Positions 47,471-56,871 of a stretch of DNA of 64,000 bases are shown piece by piece. The position numbers were made by a program, and so were the translations under genes. A model generated the notes under the pieces. That model did not search any database. It saw only the letters and a program-made list of their open reading frames with translations, and had not been told where the DNA came from. How positions within the stretch are numbered: position 1 is the first letter of the stretch; each line of letters opens with the position of its first letter. Origin of the DNA: a virus (taxonomy: Duplodnaviria > Caudoviricetes); the IMG/VR virus record IMGVR_UViG_3300030061_004132, positions 29,724-93,723 of that record; one strand, 5' to 3'.

Positions 47471-48121
47471 CTAATAAGGTTTACCTTTCTTTAACCACTT
47501 CTCTTGCACAAGGCAAGGCTTTGTTCTTCCCACTGGTAATACAAGATACCATTTTGAACCCTTATTGGGCGAAGAAATTGGTTTTGCGTTTACTCCTATG
47601 ACGTAGCCGCCACTAACCAGCGCGTTTCTGGTTCCCGGCATAAACTCTTTGCCCCGTTGCGTCATGGCGATGAGATCACCAACAGAAAACTTTGGTTCCG
47701 CGTGATGTTCATGCAGAACTTTCTTGGCAATCGCTGACTCACAAAGCCTGTCGTACAGTTCTTTACTGGGCACCCAATCCTCTTCTCTCAGTGCTACTTC
47801 CGCAATCGGCACCATATTTTGTCGCTCATATGGTGAGAGACTGCTCTCATGAAGCGCCTCAATGTAGTAGCCAGACATGATGCGAACTTTCTCTTTCATC
47901 TCCGGAGTGTAAGACTCCTTCCATTTATTGTACCGTTCCTCTACGCTCAGTTTCTCTGTTTTTATCGCACGAAAGGCCTTCTTTTGGCCAGGACTTAGCT
48001 GTCCGCCTTCCTCAAGAACTTTCTTTAAGGCGGCGACATATTGCATGGCAGCAGAGGTAGCTGTTTTATTAGGGTTCTGGAGGTAGTCTTCCAGTTCTTC
48101 TAGGTCGTAGGCACCACTCAT
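47471..48121 (-). CDS. hypothetical protein with C-terminal SH3-like domain
   Basis: PKFSVGDLI...KWLKK. Confidence 0.65.
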   Translation of the reverse strand: MSGAYDLEELEDYLQNPNKTATSAAMQYVAALKKVLEEGGQLSPGQKKAFRAIKTEKLSVEERYNKWKESYTPEMKEKVRIMSGYYIEALHESSLSPYERQNMVPIAEVALREEDWVPSKELYDRLCESAIAKKVLHEHHAEPKFSVGDLIAMTQRGKEFMPGTRNALVSGGYVIGVNAKPISSPNKGSKWYLVLPVGRTKPCLVQEKWLKKGKPY

Positions 48122-48328
48122 TTAATAACCCTCCCACAGTAATAGATCCTTTTCGTTGAATGTAACCTCATAGGGGGAAGCTCGCCACGATTCAGTAAAA
48201 GAATCTAAGCGCATGACCCATTTAAGAGTGCAAAATTCTGCTCCTCCCACCCGCTTCTTAGCAAGAATGAGGCCAACATTATTATCATTCCCGAACTTAG
48301 ACGTTACTAAATCGCCTACTTCAAGCAT
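48122..48328 (-). CDS. small SH3-like protein
   Basis: LEVGDLV. Confidence 0.55.
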   Translation of the reverse strand: MLEVGDLVTSKFGNDNNVGLILAKKRVGGAEFCTLKWVMRLDSFTESWRASPYEVTFNEKDLLLWEGY

Positions 48329-48332
48329 TGTT

Positions 48333-48650
48333 TTACCCCATAACAGAAAAGATTTCTACATTATTTAATTCTTTAACCATAATGGGCACCTTCTTTCCTG
48401 CCTTTTGAAAGAAAATCTCAGCGGTTTCAGCCCACCGACCCGGCTGCATATCTCTAACAATATCAACCACTAGGCCGATGTCGCCTTTTTTTATTTGTGC
48501 ATGCACGCTCCAACGCCGGTCAGGACGCACAGTGGCCACCTGTCCACTGGAGTGATGAAATACATCCACGTTAACGAAAATAGCTGTGCCAACTTCAATA
48601 GCCATCAGTGCCTCCACTGACATATTAACAAAACGATCAGCGTGCGTCAA
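48333..48650 (-). CDS. hypothetical protein
   Basis: ORF track. Confidence 0.55.
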   Translation of the reverse strand: MTHADRFVNMSVEALMAIEVGTAIFVNVDVFHHSSGQVATVRPDRRWSVHAQIKKGDIGLVVDIVRDMQPGRWAETAEIFFQKAGKKVPIMVKELNNVEIFSVMG

Positions 48651-49551
48651 ACAAGTTTTCGTCTAAGGACATAATTTTATCCCTGGACTGGTTCATTAAA
48701 CTAAACAATCTTTCGAGTTCTCCGTTTCTCCTGAGAACTTTAAAAGTAAGGTTCTCGTTGGAGAACACCCCAGATCTATCCAAACCAGATTTTCTCATCT
48801 TTTTAATTTTATTCTTTAATCTCTTGGCTGACTCAAGGGCATCCTCATAATCGCCGTCATCATATTTGGTTTGAATATTATCTATCTCTTGCATTTTGTC
48901 AAGAGACTTTTTGGTGACACCCTCATAATCTATCTCCCCCTCCTCTCTCACAGGTTCGATGATCCATTTTTCGTTATGCAGGGAGTAAACGCCAGTGGAT
49001 ACATGCGGTTCACCCACGTCCTCCAAGTATATTTCAACCTCATAGCCTTTTATAAGTATTTGTCGCTTGTTATTCCACGCGGAGCGGAGAGAGTTTAAAA
49101 ACTTTCTGCCCATCTCCTCGCCCACTAACAAGTCTTTGTATTCTATGACTATGTGAAGATCAAAATCAGAATAAGAGGACCAGTTGTAGTTAGCTAAAGA
49201 GCCAGTTAAAACAACATCTTTTGCCTCAATGTCAATATCCGTTTCTTTTAAAAAGTCATTCGCTATTTGCAATAAACGTTTTCGAATTTTGTCACTCATT
49301 TGAGAGCTATTAACCCATATATCTGGATTAAGTGTGTCTTGTAGTTCTAGGCTAGAGATGTTTAAATTGTCGATCTCCTCCCTAATGCCCTCAAAGCGTA
49401 GTCTGTCTCTGCCAGCACCTTTGGGTTTAACCGTATAAGGGGAGCCAATCTTGGGATTTTTATGGCCCCCCCTACCGGAAAGATCGTTTTTTCTACGCAG
49501 TTTTTTGTACCTTTTTTGAGCAGCACTCTTAAAGGGAGTCGGTTCTCTCAT
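48637..49551 (-). CDS. nucleotidyltransferase-fold protein
   Basis: LTGSLANYNWSSYSDFDLH (GS...DxD), EVEIY. Confidence 0.8.
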   Translation of the reverse strand: MREPTPFKSAAQKRYKKLRRKNDLSGRGGHKNPKIGSPYTVKPKGAGRDRLRFEGIREEIDNLNISSLELQDTLNPDIWVNSSQMSDKIRKRLLQIANDFLKETDIDIEAKDVVLTGSLANYNWSSYSDFDLHIVIEYKDLLVGEEMGRKFLNSLRSAWNNKRQILIKGYEVEIYLEDVGEPHVSTGVYSLHNEKWIIEPVREEGEIDYEGVTKKSLDKMQEIDNIQTKYDDGDYEDALESAKRLKNKIKKMRKSGLDRSGVFSNENLTFKVLRRNGELERLFSLMNQSRDKIMSLDENLFDAR

Positions 49552-50651
49552 TCGCTGTCCTCAATAATAATTTCATAAGTGTATATGGCACCGCCCGTCG
49601 CCGTGATCATTTTAGTGGCATCACGAGAAATGGAGAAATCAAACATCCCATCCCAAGCGATTCCATCGCCCCAAACTGTCCCCTGTGCGCCGTCAAAAGC
49701 TACAAAAGAGCCGGGCATACTTAAATCTTCGTACACTAAAGCGAACACTGCGCCAGTGTCACCAACGGATGCTAAGTCATAAATGGCACCGTCTGCCATC
49801 GTGCTCCACAAAAGTTGACCCGCATTATTGACCGCGCCAATAGCGGTGTCGCCCTCCCATGCGATCACGGCAACGTTGCGTTTGGCATCGTGCGCGACCA
49901 TATCACCTGCACCAAGCGCGACACGGCGATAACCATCGATGGCCACAGCATAAACGTCACCGTTTGCAAGATAGATAACGTCGCTGACTTCATTCACAGA
50001 AATCATAGGCTCATTAGTACACAAATCGCTGGGTACTTCCACGGAGACCACACCACCTGTATGGTCACGACGGGAAACCTGACAAACCTCGGCAGCCTCA
50101 ACAGTCACAAAACCATCGGCTGTGACCTTAGCTGCAACCAGACCGGGCACGATATAATGCTGGTCGCCGTATGTTGGGGACCAAAAGCCAATATCATCGT
50201 CGCAAAGGAACATAACGCGGCCTTGCTCGTCATAGTCCACGGGAACATCTGGGCACGACTGGTTTGAAAAGTCTGCGCCTGCCAAGTAGCCGCCGGGGTT
50301 ATACTCACAAGAGTTTCCGCCAGACATGCCTAACATGCCCGTGCTTCCATCATGCGAAAGGGCGAGTCCGTTAATACTGTACCAGCCTAAAGCTGTTTGA
50401 ACCGTTGATAAAGTAGGGACCGGGTCGGGTTCCTCAATTTCCACTTCGGGTCGTTCGGGTCTTTCAAAATTAACATCACCGGGTAAAAATACATTTGGCT
50501 CCTCAGCCTCTGCAAGTTCCGGTTCATTCTCTAAAATTACCGTCTCTTGGTACACCTCTGTTGAATCACCCAAGAAAGTGAGTTCATTAAACTGTTGAGT
50601 TTCTGGTGTTGTCGCACATCCAGCAAGCAATAAAGATAAAAATAACCGCAT
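49548..50651 (-). CDS. beta-propeller lipoprotein
   Basis: Lipobox LAGC; beta-rich repeats. Confidence 0.65.
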   Translation of the reverse strand: MRLFLSLLLAGCATTPETQQFNELTFLGDSTEVYQETVILENEPELAEAEEPNVFLPGDVNFERPERPEVEIEEPDPVPTLSTVQTALGWYSINGLALSHDGSTGMLGMSGGNSCEYNPGGYLAGADFSNQSCPDVPVDYDEQGRVMFLCDDDIGFWSPTYGDQHYIVPGLVAAKVTADGFVTVEAAEVCQVSRRDHTGGVVSVEVPSDLCTNEPMISVNEVSDVIYLANGDVYAVAIDGYRRVALGAGDMVAHDAKRNVAVIAWEGDTAIGAVNNAGQLLWSTMADGAIYDLASVGDTGAVFALVYEDLSMPGSFVAFDGAQGTVWGDGIAWDGMFDFSISRDATKMITATGGAIYTYEIIIEDSE

Positions 50652-50679
50652 TTATCTGTCCTCCATGTTATTAAATAGT

Positions 50680-51021
50680 CTAAAATTCTTCTTGTCGTCC
50701 ATCAGACCAAGTAATAATTGTTTTGTTATCTGGATGAGGGTTTATATGCACCTTTTTAAAATCAGTAAGACTTTCAAAAATTGAAATCGAACCTCTTGGG
50801 ACAGGCGTCAACCAGTGTAGTACAACCTGGCCTGTCGCATACTGGACCCCTTCGATCACCACACCTGTGCCAGAAACTCCGCTTTCGTCTGCTTGTCGGC
50901 AAATAGTGAAAGTTTCAATCCCTCGCGGTGCGAATTTTGTTGGTGGCTTTGGTTTTAATACCTCAGCATTTGTGGGAATTTTTTCAGGTAAATCATCACC
51001 AATTTCAATTTCGTCTTCCAT
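50680..51021 (-). CDS. conserved phage hypothetical protein
   Basis: RQADESGVSGTGVVIEGV. Confidence 0.7.
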   Translation of the reverse strand: MEDEIEIGDDLPEKIPTNAEVLKPKPPTKFAPRGIETFTICRQADESGVSGTGVVIEGVQYATGQVVLHWLTPVPRGSISIFESLTDFKKVHINPHPDNKTIITWSDGRQEEF

Positions 51022-51038
51022 TTGTAACTCCTAGTGGC

Positions 51039-51257
51039 CTATGCCTCGCCCACGGGCTTTATGTTTTTCAACCAATCATCTTGAAATTCCGACTCCATGA
51101 GTTCCACAAGAATATCACCTACAGAAACCTTGGACGCCTTCCCGTCTTCCAAGTAACACCAGAGTGTTTCATTTTCTTCTTTTAGCGCTAACACTTCTTC
51201 TGTTAACACTCTAATGGTTTTTTTTAGATCATCAATTTTTTGTTTGCTATCGTCCAT
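51039..51257 (-). CDS. coiled-coil hypothetical protein
   Basis: ORF track. Confidence 0.55.
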   Translation of the reverse strand: MDDSKQKIDDLKKTIRVLTEEVLALKEENETLWCYLEDGKASKVSVGDILVELMESEFQDDWLKNIKPVGEA

Positions 51258-51297
51258 TCCATCGCCTCCAACAGTATAACACTATAACTAATTAGCG

Positions 51298-51972
51298 TCA
51301 ACTACCCAATAAAGCATTATCTAAAACATTATAATCTAGCTTGGCTACCGGTACGACCATGACAACGTCTTCTATGATTGTTGGGTTGCCCATATAGTCA
51401 GCGCCGACATCTATCGCAGAAACGACACCAATTATTTTGCCTCTCTTATTAAAAACAGCAGACCCCGACGCGCCGCTCCAAGCGTATGAATTTATTATTA
51501 AATCACCACCTCTTGTATAGCCAGCAACTTTCCCAGTAAGAGTCATCATTGTTTTATCGTTGGGAAAACCTGAATAATAACATTCCTCTCCCACGACAAC
51601 TTTTTTATTGGATAAAGAATATTTTGTCGGCTTCCAATCAGTCAGAGTTGGTACAGACAAAACTGCCAAATCGGAATTAGTATCCAGATAAACAATATCT
51701 GCCATCAAAAGAACCTTGTCTTTGGACACAAATACACTGTCGGCACCCTCCACCACATGCGCGGCTGTAAGGATAACCGGCTTTCCTTTGTAAATAAAAT
51801 AGAACCCACTACCCTTATATCTTTGATCACCCACATAAGCTGATATTCTTATGGTTGAATCGCGGCTACCCTGTTCGCTGCCTCGAACATAAAATGGAGC
51901 CTCTATCTCACCCAAATTATTATAATTTATACACCCAGAACACACTGCCAAAAGCATCATTAACGCTATCAT
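51298..51972 (-). CDS. trypsin-like serine protease (lipoprotein)
   Basis: GSGF, LTAAHV, DLAVL, GASGS triad motifs. Confidence 0.88.
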   Translation of the reverse strand: MIALMMLLAVCSGCINYNNLGEIEAPFYVRGSEQGSRDSTIRISAYVGDQRYKGSGFYFIYKGKPVILTAAHVVEGADSVFVSKDKVLLMADIVYLDTNSDLAVLSVPTLTDWKPTKYSLSNKKVVVGEECYYSGFPNDKTMMTLTGKVAGYTRGGDLIINSYAWSGASGSAVFNKRGKIIGVVSAIDVGADYMGNPTIIEDVVMVVPVAKLDYNVLDNALLGS

Positions 51973-52017
51973 AAAAGAACCCCCCCTTAATAAATAGGGG
52001 TTCTAAGTCTTTTATCG

Positions 52018-53271
52018 TCAATACCAAATAATTTTATCAAATTGTTTAATGGCTGAGAAGAATTCATCTAACATGTTTTTAGCTTCCTCGTCGTAGTCAC
52101 CATTTCTTGATAGAATCATTTTATCGTTTCCAAACTTGCTCACACCCTTCAAATCTAAAAACTTTTTATTATAAGGGACATGCCCAACTGGAAAGAGACT
52201 GGTGTCCTTGCTACTGGCTCCGGGCATGAGGATAACATCCCAACCCATGCCATCCGCTGGGTTGACTAGCATGGGATATTCGCCGTAATCAAAGGGTAAA
52301 ATGTACGGAGTATCTCCGCCAAACATTTTTGTAGAACCTTTGGGACCATCTATAGATATTGTTTGTTTTGGATCCATTAAAACCATATCAACCAAATCTT
52401 TTTTTGTCGGAACAATAATCTTTTTATTAACTGCCTCGTCAATCTTAGACAGTATATAGGGGGCTGGCGGCGTTCTTGGTTTTTCCCGCTTGAAGTGCCT
52501 CTCTATATCTACCCCAGTTTTTTCCTGTGCTTTGTTCAGCATGTGTGTGTGGGTGCTTAGCCCTTGGAAATCTTTAACAAAAGCTAGAAACCTTTTATCT
52601 TTATTTGTTTCCAAAAACTTTGATATTACCTCTGATAACCTTGCAATCGCCTGTTCATATGCCTGGCCATCAAACGGCACTATTAATTTAGTGTCAAAAC
52701 CATACTTCGCCCAATCCCTCGTAAACAAGCCAGACCTCTGCGCGTCATCCCTAAACAAACCTGGGTTGTCGTACTGTGGGAAATCGCCCCACTTGTCCTG
52801 TGGAACTATGCCTAACGGCTCACTTATTGTAACAAAATACACAGGGTCTATTTCCCCGGCCTTTACCATATTTATAATTTGGTTGTATGACTTGTATATA
52901 CCTCTTGTTGCACAAGCCCAAGGTTTTGTTTTAGCACATGGCACAAAAATAACTGTGCCATACTCCTCAGGCACTTGGAACGATGCAATGGAGTCGTGCC
53001 ATTTTTTAATCTTAGGGTGACTAAATAACTTTAGTGTTTCTCCCGGCGTATACGCTGTTAGTTCCGGTTCGAGTTGCGGGTTACTGTCTTGACTCCTCTG
53101 CACTAGGATGTCCCTAAGTTGTCCCCACTCCTGTTCGGTGGCGTAGCTGTACCTTGATTGCTTTCCTGTCCGCAAAACCTTGGGTGTGCCGAGCTGATTT
53201 TTCTCCGCGTCGGACAACTTACTTATATCTTCATTTATAAAACTGCGCCAGTTTTCAAACAAAAGTTTCAT
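52018..53271 (-). CDS. tagged DUF5591/ArcS-like domain + inorganic pyrophosphatase-like domain fusion
   Basis: MKLLFENWRSFINE; FVPCAKTKPW...SEPLGIVP; PFDYGEYP..NPADGMGWDVI. Confidence 0.65.
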   Translation of the reverse strand: MKLLFENWRSFINEDISKLSDAEKNQLGTPKVLRTGKQSRYSYATEQEWGQLRDILVQRSQDSNPQLEPELTAYTPGETLKLFSHPKIKKWHDSIASFQVPEEYGTVIFVPCAKTKPWACATRGIYKSYNQIINMVKAGEIDPVYFVTISEPLGIVPQDKWGDFPQYDNPGLFRDDAQRSGLFTRDWAKYGFDTKLIVPFDGQAYEQAIARLSEVISKFLETNKDKRFLAFVKDFQGLSTHTHMLNKAQEKTGVDIERHFKREKPRTPPAPYILSKIDEAVNKKIIVPTKKDLVDMVLMDPKQTISIDGPKGSTKMFGGDTPYILPFDYGEYPMLVNPADGMGWDVILMPGASSKDTSLFPVGHVPYNKKFLDLKGVSKFGNDKMILSRNGDYDEEAKNMLDEFFSAIKQFDKIIWY

Positions 53272-53462
53272 TACAACTCTTCCCAAACTTCCATTATTGC
53301 TCGCTTCTTAGAATAACCTTTTTTAACAAGCTCGACAACCTGCCGAGCAGCGTTGTTACCTCAAGTGGGGCGTAGACCCTCTTTATAAAAAATATCATAG
53401 ACCTCTTCATAAAGATCACTCTCGTTTAAAAAAGTCTGCCAGCTTTGCATTAAGTCTTTCAT
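53271..53462 (-). CDS. 63-aa tagged protein with in-frame UGA (candidate selenoprotein)
   Basis: MKDLMQSWQTFLNE...LRPT(UGA)GNNAARQ...EEL; TAA overlaps the next ATG; SECIS-like hairpin follows the UGA. Confidence 0.6.
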
Positions 53463-53470
53463 ATTAATAA

Positions 53471-54307
53471 TTAGGCTTGGTTTCGTAAAGCGGCCATTCT
53501 TTTATGTCTCCGAACGCCCTTTTCTTTTCTTGACTTACGCCTTCGTCGTCTGTGTTTCTTTATCGCTTCTCCCGAAAAAAACTTGGTAATATCCCTCTCC
53601 TTATCTTTTTCGAATAGACCTAACATTCCAATAAGAACCCCCATTAGCATATATACATCAGCGATAGCAGAGTGCCACTGGTCGTTCTTAACGCCGAATG
53701 CTAGGGCTAGGTGGCCCAGTCTTATTGATAAGTCCCTCTTGCCCGCTAAAACATCAGCCAAATTTATATAGTATTCTTCACCAGACTCTGCGCCTGCTTT
53801 AATGAGAGGCTTTAAGAACAATTTGGCTACAGTATATGTATCTAAAACATCGCGTTTGCTCATTTTCATGCCGTACTTTGCCGCTCTAACAGAGACATAT
53901 TTCATATCAAAAGAAGCGTTGTGCGCGATAAGTAAAGAGTTTTCATATTTGCCTATAAAGTCAAGAAAACCTTTTATAAGTTCATCCTCATTTATGTACT
54001 GGAATGATCCGGGGGACTCGCCATAGCGGGTCATGCTCATAATATCCGAATATGACATGCCTCTCCCTTGAAACGGGTAGCACATTCTAAGTCTGGTCAT
54101 TGACAGCAGTCTTGACTTTTCTCTGTATGAGTCAACTACTATCGGGTGCTTCGGGTTACTCATGTCAACAACTATCGCACCGATCTCTGTTAGCTGATGT
54201 TTATGGGAATTGAACCCTAGAGTTTCCGTATCAAAAAAGATCCAAAACTTTTGTTTTTTTTCTTCGATACTCCGTAAAAATAGTTCTGTTGTAGCTTTAA
54301 AAAGCAA
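53471..54307 (-). CDS. DEDDh 3'-5' exonuclease (DnaQ-like)
   Basis: FDTETLG, AHNASFD, LDT, HSAIADV. Confidence 0.88.
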   Translation of the reverse strand: MLFKATTELFLRSIEEKKQKFWIFFDTETLGFNSHKHQLTEIGAIVVDMSNPKHPIVVDSYREKSRLLSMTRLRMCYPFQGRGMSYSDIMSMTRYGESPGSFQYINEDELIKGFLDFIGKYENSLLIAHNASFDMKYVSVRAAKYGMKMSKRDVLDTYTVAKLFLKPLIKAGAESGEEYYINLADVLAGKRDLSIRLGHLALAFGVKNDQWHSAIADVYMLMGVLIGMLGLFEKDKERDITKFFSGEAIKKHRRRRRKSRKEKGVRRHKRMAALRNQA

Positions 54308-54316
54308 ATTTCCCCC

Positions 54317-54685
54317 TTAAATCTCTTTTAACGATCTCCACCTTACATATCTCACGGACGCGTTGGGCACGCCGACAGCCCTCAAATTACTATTTATATG
54401 CGGTACAAGAACTGTCTTAATATATTGTATCGCGGCCTTGCCAAGAGACATAAATTTGACTGATGTGTCAATGACATAATATTGTTCATAATTAACAGCG
54501 TTCTCGTTTTGAGATATAACAGTAACCCCTGGGATCGTCCTGATCTTATTTAACACGTCGTTAATGTCCACGCCACCCATTTTATTTAGTCGCAGTACCA
54601 TGTCAACTTTAAACACCCTGTTCTCAGGTGATTTCCTGTCTTGCTCGTTTATATATGTTTTAAAGCCCTCTAACAAATTTTTCAT
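54317..54685 (-). CDS. tagged ferredoxin-like-fold hypothetical protein
   Basis: MKNLLEGFKTYINE; IRTIPGVTVI. Confidence 0.6.
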   Translation of the reverse strand: MKNLLEGFKTYINEQDRKSPENRVFKVDMVLRLNKMGGVDINDVLNKIRTIPGVTVISQNENAVNYEQYYVIDTSVKFMSLGKAAIQYIKTVLVPHINSNLRAVGVPNASVRYVRWRSLKEI

Positions 54686-54716
54686 GGCACTTCCCTCTTA
54701 AGTAATTAGAAGCAGT

Positions 54717-55154
54717 TTACTCTAGTTCCCGAATATATTTATCCCAATCGTGTGTTCTATCTTGGGCATCCCTTCCATATTCGTCAAGCATACGCACTAC
54801 TCGATCAGATCCCCTGTTGCCAATCTCAATCATTTGAGACTCCTCTAGTGCCGTTATTCTATAAGGAGAGCCACCTTGTATAATCATACAGTCACCAGGC
54901 ATCAATATCCGTCTCTCAAAGGGATACTTTTCCGGATTGGTTAGTGTCTTGGACCTGCCGTGAATTACCTCTATCTTACCTTCCAATAGAAAAAACACCT
55001 CATCTTTAATCTGGTGGTATTTTAGGCTGGTGCTGTGGCCCTTCCTGACATTTAACAGCTTCCCGTGCAGAGTATTTAGCGCGGACCAAACCACCTCGGA
55101 TCCCCAGGGTTGTGGCACACCCTTACTGTTTGTGGGCCAAGACATTTTATTCAT
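54717..55154 (-). CDS. cupin (mannose-6-phosphate isomerase-like)
   Basis: PWGSE, SLKYHQIKDE, D.VR..DEYGR. Confidence 0.75.
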   Translation of the reverse strand: MNKMSWPTNSKGVPQPWGSEVVWSALNTLHGKLLNVRKGHSTSLKYHQIKDEVFFLLEGKIEVIHGRSKTLTNPEKYPFERRILMPGDCMIIQGGSPYRITALEESQMIEIGNRGSDRVVRMLDEYGRDAQDRTHDWDKYIRELE

Positions 55155-55155
55155 G

Positions 55156-55506
55156 TTATCTCCAAAAAATCTGTATACATATTATCATGAATGATAATAT
55201 TATGCAAGCAATAGTTTTATAAGTAAGTATCGTCTCGCCCAGCAAGAGCCAGGTTATGATCGGAAAAACAAGGTACGAAGTGCCAAACCCTAGAAATCTG
55301 ACGGCCCAGAGTTCGCCATTAAAAAACTTTAGGCCATGAATTGTGGCATACCAAAAAGATAAAGTTGTTGGTATACCGAACACCAAGGAAGCCAGAACGG
55401 GCTTATTAGCCCACCAGGACCACACGGCATGAGAGTTGGTGGCAAACCATGCGCTAATGTGCCCAAGGATCATTAGCGCACTTGCAATCACAAAATTTCT
55501 ATCCAC
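55156..55506 (-). CDS. small four-TM membrane protein (SMR/EamA-like)
   Basis: Four hydrophobic helices; LLGE. Confidence 0.6.
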   Translation of the reverse strand: MDRNFVIASALMILGHISAWFATNSHAVWSWWANKPVLASLVFGIPTTLSFWYATIHGLKFFNGELWAVRFLGFGTSYLVFPIITWLLLGETILTYKTIACIILSFMIICIQIFWR

Positions 55507-55906
55507 CGTTGACCCCCCACTTTATATAATCATATATTTGTTTTTTTGAATACCTGTCCCATTTCTTTATGTTTATTTCAATACCAATTTGCCTTGCTAG
55601 CCTAAGGCCGTATTCCCAAGCATGTATCTCTTCAGATATTACATTTACCCTTTTGGATATGGTCTTAAAAGATCCTTTGGGGTCGAACGCTTGACCAGTG
55701 ATCCCCCTCTCAGTTCTGTATATATGGTGTCCAGCTTCATGAAGTAAGCAAAAAATCTGTATTTCCTTCGAATGTTTAGTGCTTATCCCTATGCATTGGG
55801 CATCACAATAATAGGCATCGAACTCGTCTCTGCCAAAAACAACATTTACGCTATACCTTTCTAACAAGTGTGCTTCAAGGTGTGTTAAATCTTCTGAAAA
55901 ACTCAT
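55499..55906 (-). CDS. zincin (ImmA/IrrE-like) metallopeptidase
   Basis: LLHEAGH...EEIHAW. Confidence 0.7.
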   Translation of the reverse strand: MSFSEDLTHLEAHLLERYSVNVVFGRDEFDAYYCDAQCIGISTKHSKEIQIFCLLHEAGHHIYRTERGITGQAFDPKGSFKTISKRVNVISEEIHAWEYGLRLARQIGIEINIKKWDRYSKKQIYDYIKWGVNGG

Positions 55907-56316
55907 ACATTAGTATATAGTTTTTGCCCCTTCCCCCAGAAACTTTTGTTTCTCTTTTTATTTGTTATTAGTGCAACACTTATGTATGTAACACCCATTT
56001 CATCCTTCAGAAACTTGTATGTATGAACGACTAGTTTATCTCCGTATCGAGGCTTCCTCGCCCTTTTTCTTGGGGGCCTATTTAAGTCTTGTAAGCAGCC
56101 CTTGACAATATCTTCCTCACTGTGGCCCATAGATAAATATTTGTCTATGTCACCAATAATATGTGCGGCGACGATCCATGATGTTTTGCCGAACCCCGGC
56201 ACGCCGAAATTAGAACTGTGGTATCTGCCCCACCTCTCTTCTATCTCCTCACCTTCATATATACTACCCCATTCTCGCACGGGTCTAAAATCACAAGTAA
56301 GATTCATTTGTTCCAC
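55903..56316 (-). CDS. hypothetical protein
   Basis: ORF track. Confidence 0.6.
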   Translation of the reverse strand: MEQMNLTCDFRPVREWGSIYEGEEIEERWGRYHSSNFGVPGFGKTSWIVAAHIIGDIDKYLSMGHSEEDIVKGCLQDLNRPPRKRARKPRYGDKLVVHTYKFLKDEMGVTYISVALITNKKRNKSFWGKGQKLYTNV

Positions 56317-56318
56317 AA

Positions 56319-56666
56319 CTACCCCCTGAGTAATTTTTTCTGGGATTCGAACAGCTTGGACTCGACCGTTTCAGCGGAGCCAACAACAACCATGTCCAAG
56401 CCAACTTGTCCCTTGTTTAAATACAGTCTAGTAAATCCTTGCTCTTCATGTAGCCCATCGGGGTAAGCACCCTCGGTAAGCATTTTATTCTTTAACGTGT
56501 CTTCCGGACGAATGCAAACAACATGAGTAGGATTTATAAAAACCTCCCTCAGGCCATACTTGGTTGGTATGGTGGTGCCCTTGCAACTTGTGCAACCTTT
56601 CTTCTTCCCTCTTGATTGAACATACAACTCAGCAAATTTAATAACCATTTGGATCCTCCATTTCAT
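56319..56666 (-). CDS. hypothetical protein (FlbD-like fold possible)
   Basis: EVFINPTHVVCI. Confidence 0.55.
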   Translation of the reverse strand: MKWRIQMVIKFAELYVQSRGKKKGCTSCKGTTIPTKYGLREVFINPTHVVCIRPEDTLKNKMLTEGAYPDGLHEEQGFTRLYLNKGQVGLDMVVVGSAETVESKLFESQKKLLRG

Positions 56667-56871
56667 AAATATTTCTAGATGTTAAATAATACTTTTTGCC
56701 ATCGATAAGAACTGCCGAGTCCCATAAAATAGGGTCTTCTCTAAAACAGTCAACAAATAATCCCACTCTTGGAATCTTAGGTTTCCACACTCCCAGACCA
56801 GTCTCATTAACTTCGCCTAAACGATACAGAATCGTGTCGGCGGGAATGTGAACCAAGTCACCCCTCTTCAT
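56638..56871 (-). CDS. hypothetical protein
   Basis: MKRGDLVHIP. Confidence 0.55.
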   Translation of the reverse strand: MKRGDLVHIPADTILYRLGEVNETGLGVWKPKIPRVGLFVDCFREDPILWDSAVLIDGKKYYLTSRNIYEMEDPNGY

